A program made the position numbers and the translations under genes. Under the pieces are notes generated by a model. That model worked only from the letters and a program-made list of their open reading frames with translations, was not told where the DNA came from and did no database searches. Shown here in pieces: positions 26,963-38,686 of a DNA stretch of 64,000 nt; positions within the stretch are counted from its first letter, which is position 1; each line of letters opens with the position of its first letter. The DNA lies in assembly GCA_951406725.2 (NCBI GenBank), contig OX597815.1, forward strand, positions 76,570,001-76,634,000. Reading direction: 5' to 3'. Source of the stretch: Octopus vulgaris (taxonomy: Eukaryota).

Positions 26963-28258
26963 ATGCCCCCTCCCCAGAAAAAGAAAAACAAATATATATT
27001 AGCATTTAAACTAAATGTTATTGAAGTCGCTGAGAAGATAAATATGTAGCAAGAGAATTTTGTGTTACAGAGAAATTTGTGGGAGACTAGAGAAAGATAT
27101 CTACCAAACTTCAGACAATGCCAAAAAGAAAATGTGCTAACAGAGGAAAACCTAGCAAGTGGCCACAACTGGAGAAAAAAGTTGCAGAGTGGGTATTTGA
27201 AAATCGCCAAATGGAAAGTGTGTTACTCGTGAAGCCATCCGAATTCATGCACCAATGGAATCAAAGAAGGATGGAATTTCAGATTTTTAGGTTCATGAGA
27301 CGTTATGACTTAGTACTTTGGCAGAGAACTAAGATCGCACATAAGCTGCCTGATGATCTATATGATAAGATAATAGAGTTTCATTGGTTTATAATCAGAT
27401 ATCAGCAGAAAGAGGGATATGCATTATCATGTATTGGGAACATTAACGAAACGCCTGTTACTCTTGACATGCCAGAGAATCGAATTGTGAATCAAAAAGG
27501 AGAAAAACGGTATTCATGAGAATCACTGGCCACGAGCAAAGTAAGGTTACTGTAGTTCTTTCATGTATGGCTGCTGGTACCAAATTAAAACCGATGGTTG
27601 TTATTAAGAGAAAAACTGTGCCGAAGGAGAAATTTCCAAAAGGAATTGTCATCCATGTGCATCCACAAGGATGGATTGATGGATGAAGGTAGATGTAGAA
27701 AATGAATAAAGAAAGTTTGGAATTTACGACCTGGTGAACTACGAAAGGAAAAGAGTTTGCTCGCATGGGATCAGTTTAGGGAACATCTAGTGAAGAATGT
27801 TGTTGATAGTCTCCAGTCACAAAATACTGATATAGTTGTAATTCTCGACGGACTTACAAGTGTTTTGCAACCATTAGACGTTATTATCAATGAGCCATTT
27901 AAGAACATGATGGGAATCTAGTGGAATAACTAGATGAGCGATGGAGAAAAAACTTACACGAAAGGAGGTAGTATGCGGGCTCTATCACTACCTCTGATCT
28001 GTGAATAGATCGTTGATTCATGGAAGGAAATAGAAGTTGAAACTATTATCAGATCATTCAAGACATGTGGAATTTCAAACGCATTGGATGATGTACAAGA
28101 CAATGGTCTATGGAATGACATGGATGATGTGCTACCTCTAAATATGGACAGCGAAGATGAAGATGAAGAGAATCTTGCGATAATATCATTCATCCTGATG
28201 ATTATTAAGCTTTATTCAGTGCTGAAGATGATGAACGGCGTGAAGTTTTAGGATTTTA
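26963..28258 (+). pseudogene. pogo-family (POGK-like) transposase pseudogene, CENP-B HTH plus DDE_1
   Basis: AFKLNVIEVAE...KWPQLEKKVAEWV...RFMRRYDLVLWQRTKIAHKLP...IGNINETPVTLDMP...TGHEQSKVTVVLSCMAAGTKLKPMVV...LTSVLQPLDVIIN. Acidic tail and many stops. Confidence 0.9.
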
Positions 28259-28619
28259 ATGAACTTTTGTGTGTAAAATGTTTAAAATGTACCATGTACC
28301 GCAATCGCAATTTAAAGCTGTATTACAACATCCGATTGAATCGAGATATTTTAGTAATTAGGACACCAAGTTCGAGTCGAGAACAGCATATCCGTGCATC
28401 AGCAGTATAAATGGACGCTCACGCATATATTAATGTTATATATGGACTTGTTTTACCACTTACATACACATGCACATGAACGGATCAGTATACGCTTTGA
28501 TATAGCTACATATGTATATGTAAAACCACATACAGACATACTCCAGTATGCAGTTTCACGGTTTAGATCCAAGGTAGGGGAAGGTTCCGGGTAAGGTGGA
28601 AAATGAGTAGGAAAACAAA

Positions 28620-28773
28620 TTGGTTGAGGATCATTACAGCTGTTTCAGACGTGTTTTTTTTATTAATAAAGAAATCAATTATATCATGAAAGAATACGTG
28701 TTGTTTCATGATTTAATTCATTTGTTCACCAATAAAAAAACGCGTCTGAAACAGCTGTAGTGAACCTAAACCC
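28620..28773. repeat. Inverted repeat whose arms each end in a hammerhead 3' half (GAAACAGCTGTA)
   Basis: tacagctgtttcagacgtgttttttttatt...atcatgaaa / tttcatgat...aataaaaaaacgcgtctgaaacagctgta. Confidence 0.8.
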
Positions 28774-28844
28774 CATCTGTGTTCTTACTTGTATGTGTGT
28801 ATGTGTGCGTGTGTGTATGTGTATGTATGTGTGTGCGTGTGTGT

Positions 28845-29205
28845 GGTCAAACTTCGTCGGTTACATCGACGAAGGTTCCAGTTGATCCGATCAACGGAAC
28901 AGCCTACTCGTGAAATTAATGTGCAAGTAGCTGAGCACTCCACAGACACGTGTACTCTTAACGTAGTTCTCGGGGAAATACAGCGTCACATAGAGTGTGA
29001 CAAGGCGGGCCCTTTGAAATACAGGTACAACAGAAACAGTAAGAAATAGTGAGAGAAAGTTGTGGTGAAAGAGTACAGGAGGGTTCGCCATTACCCCCTG
29101 CCAGAGCCTCGTGGAGCTTTAGGTGTTTTCGCTCAATAAATACTCGCAACGCCTGATCTGGAAATCAAAACCGCGATATTACGACCGCGAGTCCCCTACC
29201 CTAAC
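28845..29205 (-). mobile_element. tRNA-derived SINE family C
   Basis: Reverse-complement head gttagggtaggggactcgcggtcgtaatatcgcggttttgatttcc. A fragment of the same family lies at 42805-42862. Confidence 0.75.
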
Positions 29206-29464
29206 GCATGTGTGTGTGTGTTCCACTTTGTTATATATATGTATATATATACATATATAGTGTACTGTTCCCTGATGGTGAGATCAACATCAAAACTACT
29301 CCAGCTAGTGAGAGATAAATATTATTAAAAATACATAATATATGTTATAATAGACCTATGCGCGTGTGTGTATATTCGCGTTTCACGCGGAAACGGTTGC
29401 GCGATTTGGTTCCATACTTGAGATGCATGAATAATTTGATCTCGGATAGATAAGGTCTTCATTT

Positions 29465-29879
29465 GGATCTTTTCGGTTTGACCGGCAGTTTTTTCTAGCG
29501 GTGTCATATGAAATTGTCACCCATAATCATGACCCTAGTATCGATCTATTGCATTTCAAGCTGTTTTAGGGTTAGGGTTAGGGTTTGGAGGAAGGTTATC
29601 TTTTTTTCTTCAGAAATGTAAATAAACCATATCTGTTTCTTAAACGAGGGACATATTCATGCGGGACAGAATGTTTTCCCTTAACAGACGTCATTGATTG
29701 GTTGAAATTGCAGAAATTGAAGAAAAAGAACTACAAATATCTTACAAACTATAGAATTTTCTCAATAAAGCCAAGAGAAAAAGATGTTTTATAAACACAT
29801 TCTACCAGTATACGAAGTTTAAAAGTGTTTAGTTACGTGGAAATTATTTTAAAAACTGCCGGTCAAACCGAAAAAATCC
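29465..29879. mobile_element. MITE with GG termini (same family as 17337, opposite orientation)
   Basis: TIR ggatcttttcggtttgaccggcagtttt / aaaactgccggtcaaaccgaaaaaatcc. Perfect TSD cttcattt. Internal (TTAGGG)n. Confidence 0.92.
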
Positions 29880-30319
29880 CTTCATTTTATTTTTTCATTA
29901 AAAATAAATAATATTGCTTTATATATGATTCATTTCTTTAAAAAGGCTTTTCAATGTCAACTTCTGGTACTGACGTAGCAACTGCAGCTAGCTAGATACA
30001 CACGTGTATGTCTGACGTAGAAATTGTGGCTAGCTACACACACACACATCTTTGTATAACGTCGTTGATGAATGTTTATATTCTAACCGCTTCCATTTCA
30101 TTTCAGTCGCATTGTTTTTCGGGTTCCTCACACACATGTGTGTATACAATACAGCGTTGATGAATATGTACATTTTAACCGTTTCTGTTTCATTTCAGTC
30201 ACATTGTTTTGTGGTTCCTGGTCCCGTCACAGCTTCCTATATATTTTCACTCTTCACGTTCCTCATAGAAAATACTCTTCTAAAGATTTCTGTTGTCTTT
30301 CTTCTAATGATTTCTGTCA

Positions 30320-30422
<103 letters not shown>

Positions 30423-30939
30423 CCTACTATGTATACTATACGTCGTTGATGAATATTTACATTTCAACCACTTCTATTTCATTTCAGTCGCATTGTTTTT
30501 TGGGTTCCTGGGGGAAATACATGAACGTCGCAGCTTCCTATATATTTTAAGCTTAAAAATATTACTCTTCCCGTTCCTCATAGAAACATAACGATTTTTG
30601 GTACCAAATGGTACTTTCATTGTTTTCAATCTTCTGTACCGGTGTATTTCTGTATCCATAAATAACCATGCTTTGAAAGAAAGTTTCAAATTTGTCTCCA
30701 GTGTCAAGGTCAGCCAAAGGATTGTTTCTGTCGAGGGTAAAAGAGACATCTGAAGAAAGGGAAGCATGTCAAGAAAAGAACAGACTGTGCACTACAGCAC
30801 CCAGAGCATCTGAGAATGATGACATAAGAGTTGTACATAAAAAAGCAGTTGCTTACTGGTGCTGCTCGAGGATCCCAAAGTGCTGGACAAAGGTATGCAC
30901 ACCTGACAAAGAATAGGATCTCCACTGCAATAACACTGA

Positions 30940-32180
30940 TGGGGTCTTCTTCTTAGATGCTCCTATCAACCTGCTCCTTGCCAAGGTGAGATAGAGGAAA
31001 ATTACTCTGGCTATTGCATCCTCTGGAATTGCATCCACACTACTGACAAGTGGAAGAACAGCCAATTCAACATTCAAGCTGCCTCTGAATCTGATCCAAA
31101 ATGAATCTCCTTTATGCAACATATTGAAGAATATTGCGCTAGCAAAGTTCCTTACAGATGCCAAACTTTTTGTGTGGGATGAAGCAACAATGTCCAATAA
31201 GGTAGCCTTTGAAGCTCTTGATAGAACACTACAAGACTTCAGAAACAATAAGATCATGGGTGGCGTCACCCTCCTCATGGCTGGTAACTTCAGGCAAACT
31301 CTGCCTGTCATTCCCAGAGGAACAACGGCAGATGAACTGAGAGCTTGCAGCAAGCCCTCATATATCTGGCAATATGTCAAGCAGCTTACTCTAATAACTA
31401 TCATGATGGTTCATATTTATGGTGACCCACTAGCTGCAGAGTTCTCCAAATAGTTGCTTGACATTGGAAATGGAAAACTTCCACAGGTTCCAGAAGATAG
31501 TGGCACCACCTCCCATTTGGCAATATGACTGCCTTACTTGAAGAAATAAAGAGCAAGGTCTTTCCAAACATTACCACAAACTAAAAAAGTCACAAGTGGC
31601 TATGTGAAAGAACAATTCTGGCACCAAAGAATGATGCTGTGGACAAGCTAAATCTAAATTTGTTGTCTCAGCTTCCAAGAACGTACATACAGATTAATTG
31701 ACTCTGTCCCTGATCAAGAACAAGCAACGCATTACCCAGTGGAGTTTCTCAATTCACTTCAAACACCAGGATTTCCGCCGCATATCATGAAAACAGGTGC
31801 TCCCGTTATGCTGTTAAGAAACCTTGAGGCACTCGAACTATGCAATGGAACAAGGTTGGTTGTTAAAACAGCCATGTCCCATGTGTTGGAAGCAACAATA
31901 ATTACAGGTAACATGATGGGTGAGAATGTCTTCATTCCAAGGATCCCTCTCATCACAAATGATCTTCCCTTTTAGTTCAAGAGACAGCAGTTTTCTGTCA
32001 AACTGAGCTTTGCAATGTCTACCAACAAAGTACAAGATCAATCTCTAAAGGTGGTGGGACTTAACCTCCTTCAACCATGCTTCTCACATGGTTAGCTATA
32101 TGTTGGATATTCCAGAGCTGGAGATGCAAAGAACCTCTACATTCTCAGTGATAAATATGGTAAGACAGAAAACATTTACA
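30940..32180 (+). pseudogene. Helitron PIF1-like helicase pseudogene
   Basis: [83 protein letters not shown]...[17 protein letters not shown] and QPCFSHG*LYVG. Confidence 0.92.
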
Positions 32181-32369
32181 TGAATAATATGTGCATGTAA
32201 TGTACAAAAGTGTAAAAGCATTGAGTGTTAAAAGTAAGTATTACTTTATGAGAAATACACTAATCTTACACTACAAACAAAGAGTACTGTATTAAGGCTA
32301 TGAGTTTATAACCTTAATGAAACCTGGTCCTTCTGCTTCTATGTATGTATATATATATATATACATGCA

Positions 32370-32780
32370 TATATGGGTACAGGACATCACCAACGGTGCA
32401 AATAACATGAAATGCGTAAACAACGAGAGAAAAATGGAAAACAGGAAAAGTAAACACAAAGAAAGGACCCTTTATCAGTTGTCGGCTGTCTATCTACTCT
32501 TCATTTTGAGCATTCAACGATAATATGAGTCTTCAAAGACACTTGTTCCCATAAATTCTAAAATAAAATTTAGGATTTATGAAGGGTCAAAGTTGGGATC
32601 AAAAAAAGACAGTGGAGACATACAAGGAAACTGAACGAAAACAAACATGGCGGTGCGTTAGACCAAAACGGGAGGAAAATAGAGAACACTGAGAGAAAAT
32701 TTGTTTTGAAAAAAGAAAAGATAGAAGACAAAGAGAAAAAACACGTCCGTTCTTTTGAACGTCCATGAAGGAAAAGAAAG
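32370..32780 (-). mobile_element. Interspersed repeat related to 50938-51215 (Penelope pseudo-LTR-like end)
   Basis: Shares the tgggtacaggaca end and, on the opposite strand, a GAAA-cgnaga-GTAGAT ... CTGANGAAAGG layout with 51145-51212. Confidence 0.45.
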
Positions 32781-32827
32781 TTGGTCACGTGAGGAAAGAA
32801 AGATGGACGATCGTCACGTGTGGACAA

Positions 32828-32873
<46 letters not shown>

Positions 32874-33324
32874 AAATAGAAAGGGGAGCGAGAGAGAATG
32901 AAAAAGAGAAAGGGAGATATAGAGAGAGGCAGATAGAAAACGGTGAAGGAGCGAAAGGGAGAAAAAGGGAGTGTGTGTATAATAGCAACAGGATACATAT
33001 CAACTTGTTTGGAGCAAAGTATGTATGAATTTGAGTTCTTGGGGAGAGAACTATAAAAATCTGCAAGACCTCCTTAAAACTTAAAGGATGATGGGCAAAG
33101 CAAGATACTTTCCTTCACAATCTTGCTACAAGTAGGTGGCTGGTCAAAATTTACCCTAAGAGAAAGAGAACATACATACACACATACATACACGCATGCA
33201 TGCATACATGCATGCATACATACATACATACATATATACATACATGCATACATACATACATAAACACACATACATACATACAGACACACACATACATGCA
33301 TACATTCATACATACATACATACA

Positions 33325-33358
<34 letters not shown>

Positions 33359-33422
33359 CATACATACATGCATGCATACATATACATACAAGTCAAATGA
33401 TAAATTTTAATTTACCCAATAT

Positions 33423-33844
33423 GGATCTTTTCGGTTTGAACGGCAGTTTTTAAAATAATTTCTAGGTAACTAAACACTTTTAAACTTCGTAGAATGTGTT
33501 TATAAAACATCTTTTTTTCTTGGCTTTATTTCTATAGTTTGTAAGATATTTGTTGTTTTTATTTTCTTCAATTTCTGCAATTTCAACCAATCAATGACGT
33601 CTATTGAGGTTAAAAAAGCATTCTGTGCCGTATGAATATGTCCCTCGTTTAAGAAACAGATTGGGTTTATTTACATTTGTGAAGAAAAGATACCCTTCCC
33701 CCACCCCTAACCCTAACCCTAACCCTTAGTAACCCTAACCCTAAAACAGCTTGAAATGCAATAGATCGATACTAGGGTCATAATTATGGGTGACAACTTC
33801 ATATGACACCGCTAGAAAAACTGCCGTTCAAACCGAAAAGATCC
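33423..33844. mobile_element. MITE with GG termini (third copy)
   Basis: Same TIR. Perfect TSD cccaatat (33415-33422, 33845-33852). (CCCTAA)n at about 33706-33745. Confidence 0.93.
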
Positions 33845-34848
33845 CCCAATATAATTATTTCACTTTTCCTGATCAGAGATATACAGTATACTTCAGTGAA
33901 CTGAAGACATACGCTTTCAGGGTATGTGGAAATAGACGTTTTGGTATTTATCCTGATATGAAAAGCATTAGCAAAGTAAGTGAACAACAGAATCAGGGTC
34001 GCAGATTCAATTCCTCACAATCTACGCAGATGTAATCACCTTGCATATACGTACAAGGAGATTTCGAATAAACTAACTCAGTGTCGTTGCTAGAGCATGT
34101 GCCGCCTGGGGTATCTCTTGAGTTTGCACCCCCCTGGACCTCTACCTCATGCCTGTACAGACTTAATATGTAGCAGGCGCCAACATACATACAGCCCCGT
34201 AAAAGTGACGCACGGGACAGATCACTCTCTCCTCACAAGCTACACTTGTGAAGAAACCCTGTTACCAACCTGACCAATAGCAATGCCAACAAGCTGTTAT
34301 ACACGCCATTCCCCACCCCCAAAATTCCCTTATATAACATGTAAGTTAACTGGAAACTAGAAAATGACTTGTGTAAACTATGTTTAATTCTGTTACCTCA
34401 AACTATAAAATGGGTTAAAATGCTTTAGAAAATCTGTTACAATGAACTTTTAAAGCTTATTCTTTGTTGTGATAATCAAAGATAAACTCCAGAGTTTTTG
34501 TGAAGGTCTGAAGTCAATCCGAAAAAGATATTTATAAAAGTTAATTATGTTAGTGATAACTAGTAGAAACAAACCTGAATCTCGTCTTCTGTTTCAATAA
34601 CACGCACTAAGCTAAGGTGTGTATATACAAATTCATACATACCCATTCACATACACACATACGTGCGTATATTTATTCATGTACATATGTATGTACGAAC
34701 GTATGCAAACACATATATATATGGGTGTGTGCGTGCGCGCAGGTGTGTATGAAAACATCAACTTATAGATGATATTCACACTGAACATTTATCTTATCGA
34801 TCACTTCTGTTCAACATGACCTACAACGGTGAAGAGGTATATATCTCA

Positions 34849-34897
<49 letters not shown>

Positions 34898-34956
34898 TTG
34901 TTTGTCTGTCTGTCTATTTATCTGTCTGTCTATCTATCTATCTATCTATCTGTCTG

Positions 34957-35009
<53 letters not shown>

Positions 35010-35010
35010 T

Positions 35011-35081
35011 GCTTTTCTTTTGGGGATAAAAAAAGGGGGATCGAAAACCAAACCCCCTTTTTTTATCCCCAAAAGAAAAGC
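35011..35081. repeat. Perfect 29-bp hairpin
   Basis: gcttttcttttggggataaaaaaaggggg / ccccctttttttatccccaaaagaaaagc with a 13-nt loop. Confidence 0.95.
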
Positions 35082-35372
35082 TCTACCTTGTAATTTGTCC
35101 CGTCTTTGTGCAGCCCTGTGTGGCTAATAAAGAAACATATCTCAACAAAAGTGAGCTACGAGATATAACTCAGAGTGGCCATTGGCATGTATTTGAACAA
35201 CATACGACAAATGCAGGTATGACAAATACCATACAATATAAATTCTTGATTTAAGAAAATCATCTCTGCAGGTAGAGGATGTGTCACAATAACCAACAGG
35301 CGACACTTGAGAAGATAATTTCAAAAATCAAGAATTCTCCAAAGTTGATGTCATTAAAACAAATGACAGGCC

Positions 35373-35506
<134 letters not shown>

Positions 35507-36016
35507 GTATGTCCGTCCATCTCTCTCTCTCTTTTGACCTATACAAGTTTGAACGAGAGACTATAAGCTGCAATTATTGCAATTGGGTTATGTCTCCAAA
35601 ATTTTGTACAATACTTGGAAACGCTGAGGCTTCCCCCAAAAAGACACAAAGCGGATTGACCAGTATCATTTAAATTGTTTTTATTAATTTATACGTTTAA
35701 TACTGCTCGAATAGTTCTTAATAATCTTTAAGTCCAATACATTTGGCCTTTACATCATTATTCTCAAACCTTTCTTCAGTTCTTCTTAACAAACCTCGTG
35801 AATTTGCTGACAAGTTGTCAGTTGATAAGTTATTACATTTATGCTGTTTGTTAACGATTATATAGATAAGCATCATTGGTGGTTAAGTCCCTTGAAGTCT
35901 CTTGCCTCAAGCAAAAATATCCTGTAACATTGTTAGTGGTTGGATTTGAATTTTATGGAGAAATTTAATAGGTCTCAACGAAAACTATCCAACCGTCCAT
36001 CCATCCATCCATCCAT

Positions 36017-36052
<36 letters not shown>

Positions 36053-36208
36053 ATTATTTCCCAACCACACAATTCGGGTTCATTCCCACTGCGTGTCAAC
36101 TACTATGGCCTAGGGCCGCCCAGTTTTGAATCTATGTGTGTGTGTGTGTGTGTACGCACAAGGTAGAACTCAAAACATGGGTATATATTTTATTTAATCG
36201 GTAGATAT

Positions 36209-36308
36209 TACAATGTGACTCAAGGGCCGAGAGTTTCGCTCCGTCACACTTATCAGGCTTCGATAAGTGTCAATACGCGAAACTCTCGGTCCTCGAGTCA
36301 CTTCGTAC
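36209..36308. ncRNA. Head-to-head pair of damaged type I hammerhead ribozymes
   Basis: Minus: cgaagc-CTGATAA-gtgt/gagc-GAAA-CTC..GAG-TC-acattg. Plus: GATAA-gtgt/acgc-GAAA-CTC..GAG-TC-acttcg. Confidence 0.65.
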
Positions 36309-37134
36309 CTCTGCCGATTAAACAATCTATACATACACGCTTACAGAGAAACGCAAGCACGCACAAAAACGCACAGATATATGTGTATGTATGAATGTAT
36401 GTGTTGGTATGCATATACGTGTGTGAGGGTGCTTGTGTGTGTGTGTGTGTGTAAAATGAAATCCTGTGAACACTAAATTGGCCTCAGTCGCAGGAGATAG
36501 AGAGGCTAACGATTTTACTAATGTCGCCTGCTGACGCGGCGCTGTCTTTATTGTATTGTAAATACATGAACTCTTTTTCTTACCGCCTACATTCTGTATC
36601 TCTCCCTCACTCCCTCTCTCTCTTACACTCCTTCTCTCCCTCCACATTCTGTCTCTTTCAATCTCTCTCTGTTCGCCACTTTGTATTTTTTTCATTCATC
36701 ATAATGTCTATCTTCATTCTCTCCAATACCTTGTTTGTTCTCTCTCTCTCAATTTCTGTCACTCCTTTTTTCTCTCTATTCCACTTTTCGCCTTTACGCC
36801 TCTCTTTCTCTGTGTTACACACACTTACATAATACACATCAGTACAGCTGTTTCTCGGTCCTGGCTGACCTATCATATCCCTCGATTCCTTCTCTTTCAT
36901 GTATATTTTTCTCACTAATTTCTAGTGCACGTTGCTGCTGTGCCCAGTTACTGTTATTGTTGTTTTCCTGTAAATAGATTTTCAATCAGACAGAGAAAAG
37001 TGTGTGGGCTGTTCCAGAGCTTGTTCCAGGTCACATGTTGAGACGTGTGATTTGATAAATCTCAGCATGAGTCTGGGGGAAATGTCTCCTATGTGCGTGT
37101 GTGCGAGTGTGTGCGTGCGCGTGTTTGTGTGTGC

Positions 37135-37180
<46 letters not shown>

Positions 37181-37489
37181 GTGTATTTCTGTTTGTGTGT
37201 GTCAATGTCAGTGAATTTGTACTTGTGTGTGTGTGTTTATGGGTGTGTGTCTTCGTTTTGAGTTTCTTGTGTGTGTGTTTATGTGTGTGTGTGTGAGTGT
37301 GTATGTGTTATATGTGCGTGCGTATTGTGTGTGTGTGTTTGTGTGTATGACTGTATATGTGTAGGATTGTGGGCATCTGCGTGCGATTTTGCCCGTGTGG
37401 AAAGGTTTAACTATGTATTACTATATATTTATGTGCTTGTGCAGTGGCAGCTCGTCTATAGGTACCGCAGAACTGCAGCATCCCCTATT

Positions 37490-37790
37490 ACCACTCGATA
37501 TTATCCCTTTTTCTTTAATTCCTTCTTTATACATGCACATTATTTAATCCTTAAGCTTAGTGTCAATAGCCATCTCCTAGTTTATGAAAAAAATCCATCG
37601 ACATTTCTATTTTCACTGGTTTCACCACAGGAGAGGATACAAGTATACCCAGAATTCAACTCATTTGCAGATGTTTTCTTTCTACTCAGAATCCTCCGAT
37701 ATTCAACTCGTCTAATTTTTATTAAGTCAATCAATGAATCCATAGAGCAAGCTTTGACAATTGCTGGATTGCATCATGGAGAATAGTGTC
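37490..37790 (-). pseudogene. Possible LINE AP-endonuclease fragment, highly decayed
   Basis: Reverse-strand reading ILSRKKTSANELNSGYTCILSCGETSENRNVDGFF resembles the RTE endonuclease N-terminus. Confidence 0.35.
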
Positions 37791-38686
37791 TTGCTAATAG
37801 ACAATTTTACGTGGGATGTTCAAGTATTGCAAGCTACTATAATCTTTTTCATTTATGTTTCTTCTGATAAAGTCGTAAACATTGATTATCCTGAGGTACT
37901 GACATAACTGTATTCAATATTGACATGGTCTTTTCTTCTTTCGATTCTTCGACGCGTAATGATTATATGACAATTTCCCATTTCATTACGCAGTTCTTTG
38001 CATTTTTATTGAACTCTGCAAGGTCTGTTAAGCTACTAGGATTGAGTAATAGAGAGTAGACGAGGGAGTTTTCCATAATATGGTCTGCTTCTCCACATTC
38101 ACAAGTGGATCAAGACAGAAGTATTTATGACGCACTCCCTGAGAAATAATACTTGATATTACCTGCGAATCCTGCCAAACAGGTCGAAGCTGAGTTGAAA
38201 GTTAACGATGCCCAGAAATTCAACAGATTTCTGAAGTCACTACTGAGCTGGGTACATTTCTAAACAGCACATAAGCTGGGGTTCATTGCAATATTAAATC
38301 TCATTTCTCTACTACTACTACTTCTTTTGCAAATTCAATATTTGCATATGTGAGTTTCCTCATAATTATCTCGTTTTCATATAATATAAGAATGATTTTA
38401 TTTCCAAGGCTGGTTTACCTCTTGACAATCCGGTTTCAACTCTTACCACAAATTATTATAATAAGAAATGAATTTCAAGAATAAAGATGATACATTACGT
38501 TAAAAATAGTCTCAAGTGAAATAAAACTGTTTCCACATTTACTTAATTCCTATCTGATACGCTTGAATGAGATATATGTCATTTACACAACTATATTATG
38601 AATTATACTGTTAATATTGAGCGCCGCTCACTATTAAACTTGGTAACGATCCGTTGAGAGACATTGTTTCAAGGGAAACAAATGAA

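Noticed and set aside
29272-29310. ctgatggtg...catcaaaac hammerhead-like motif
   Set aside because: Both core segments are mutated and helix I is not convincing.
30940-32180. Host PIF1 gene
   Set aside because: Intronless, full of stops and frameshifts, with Helitron-type motifs.
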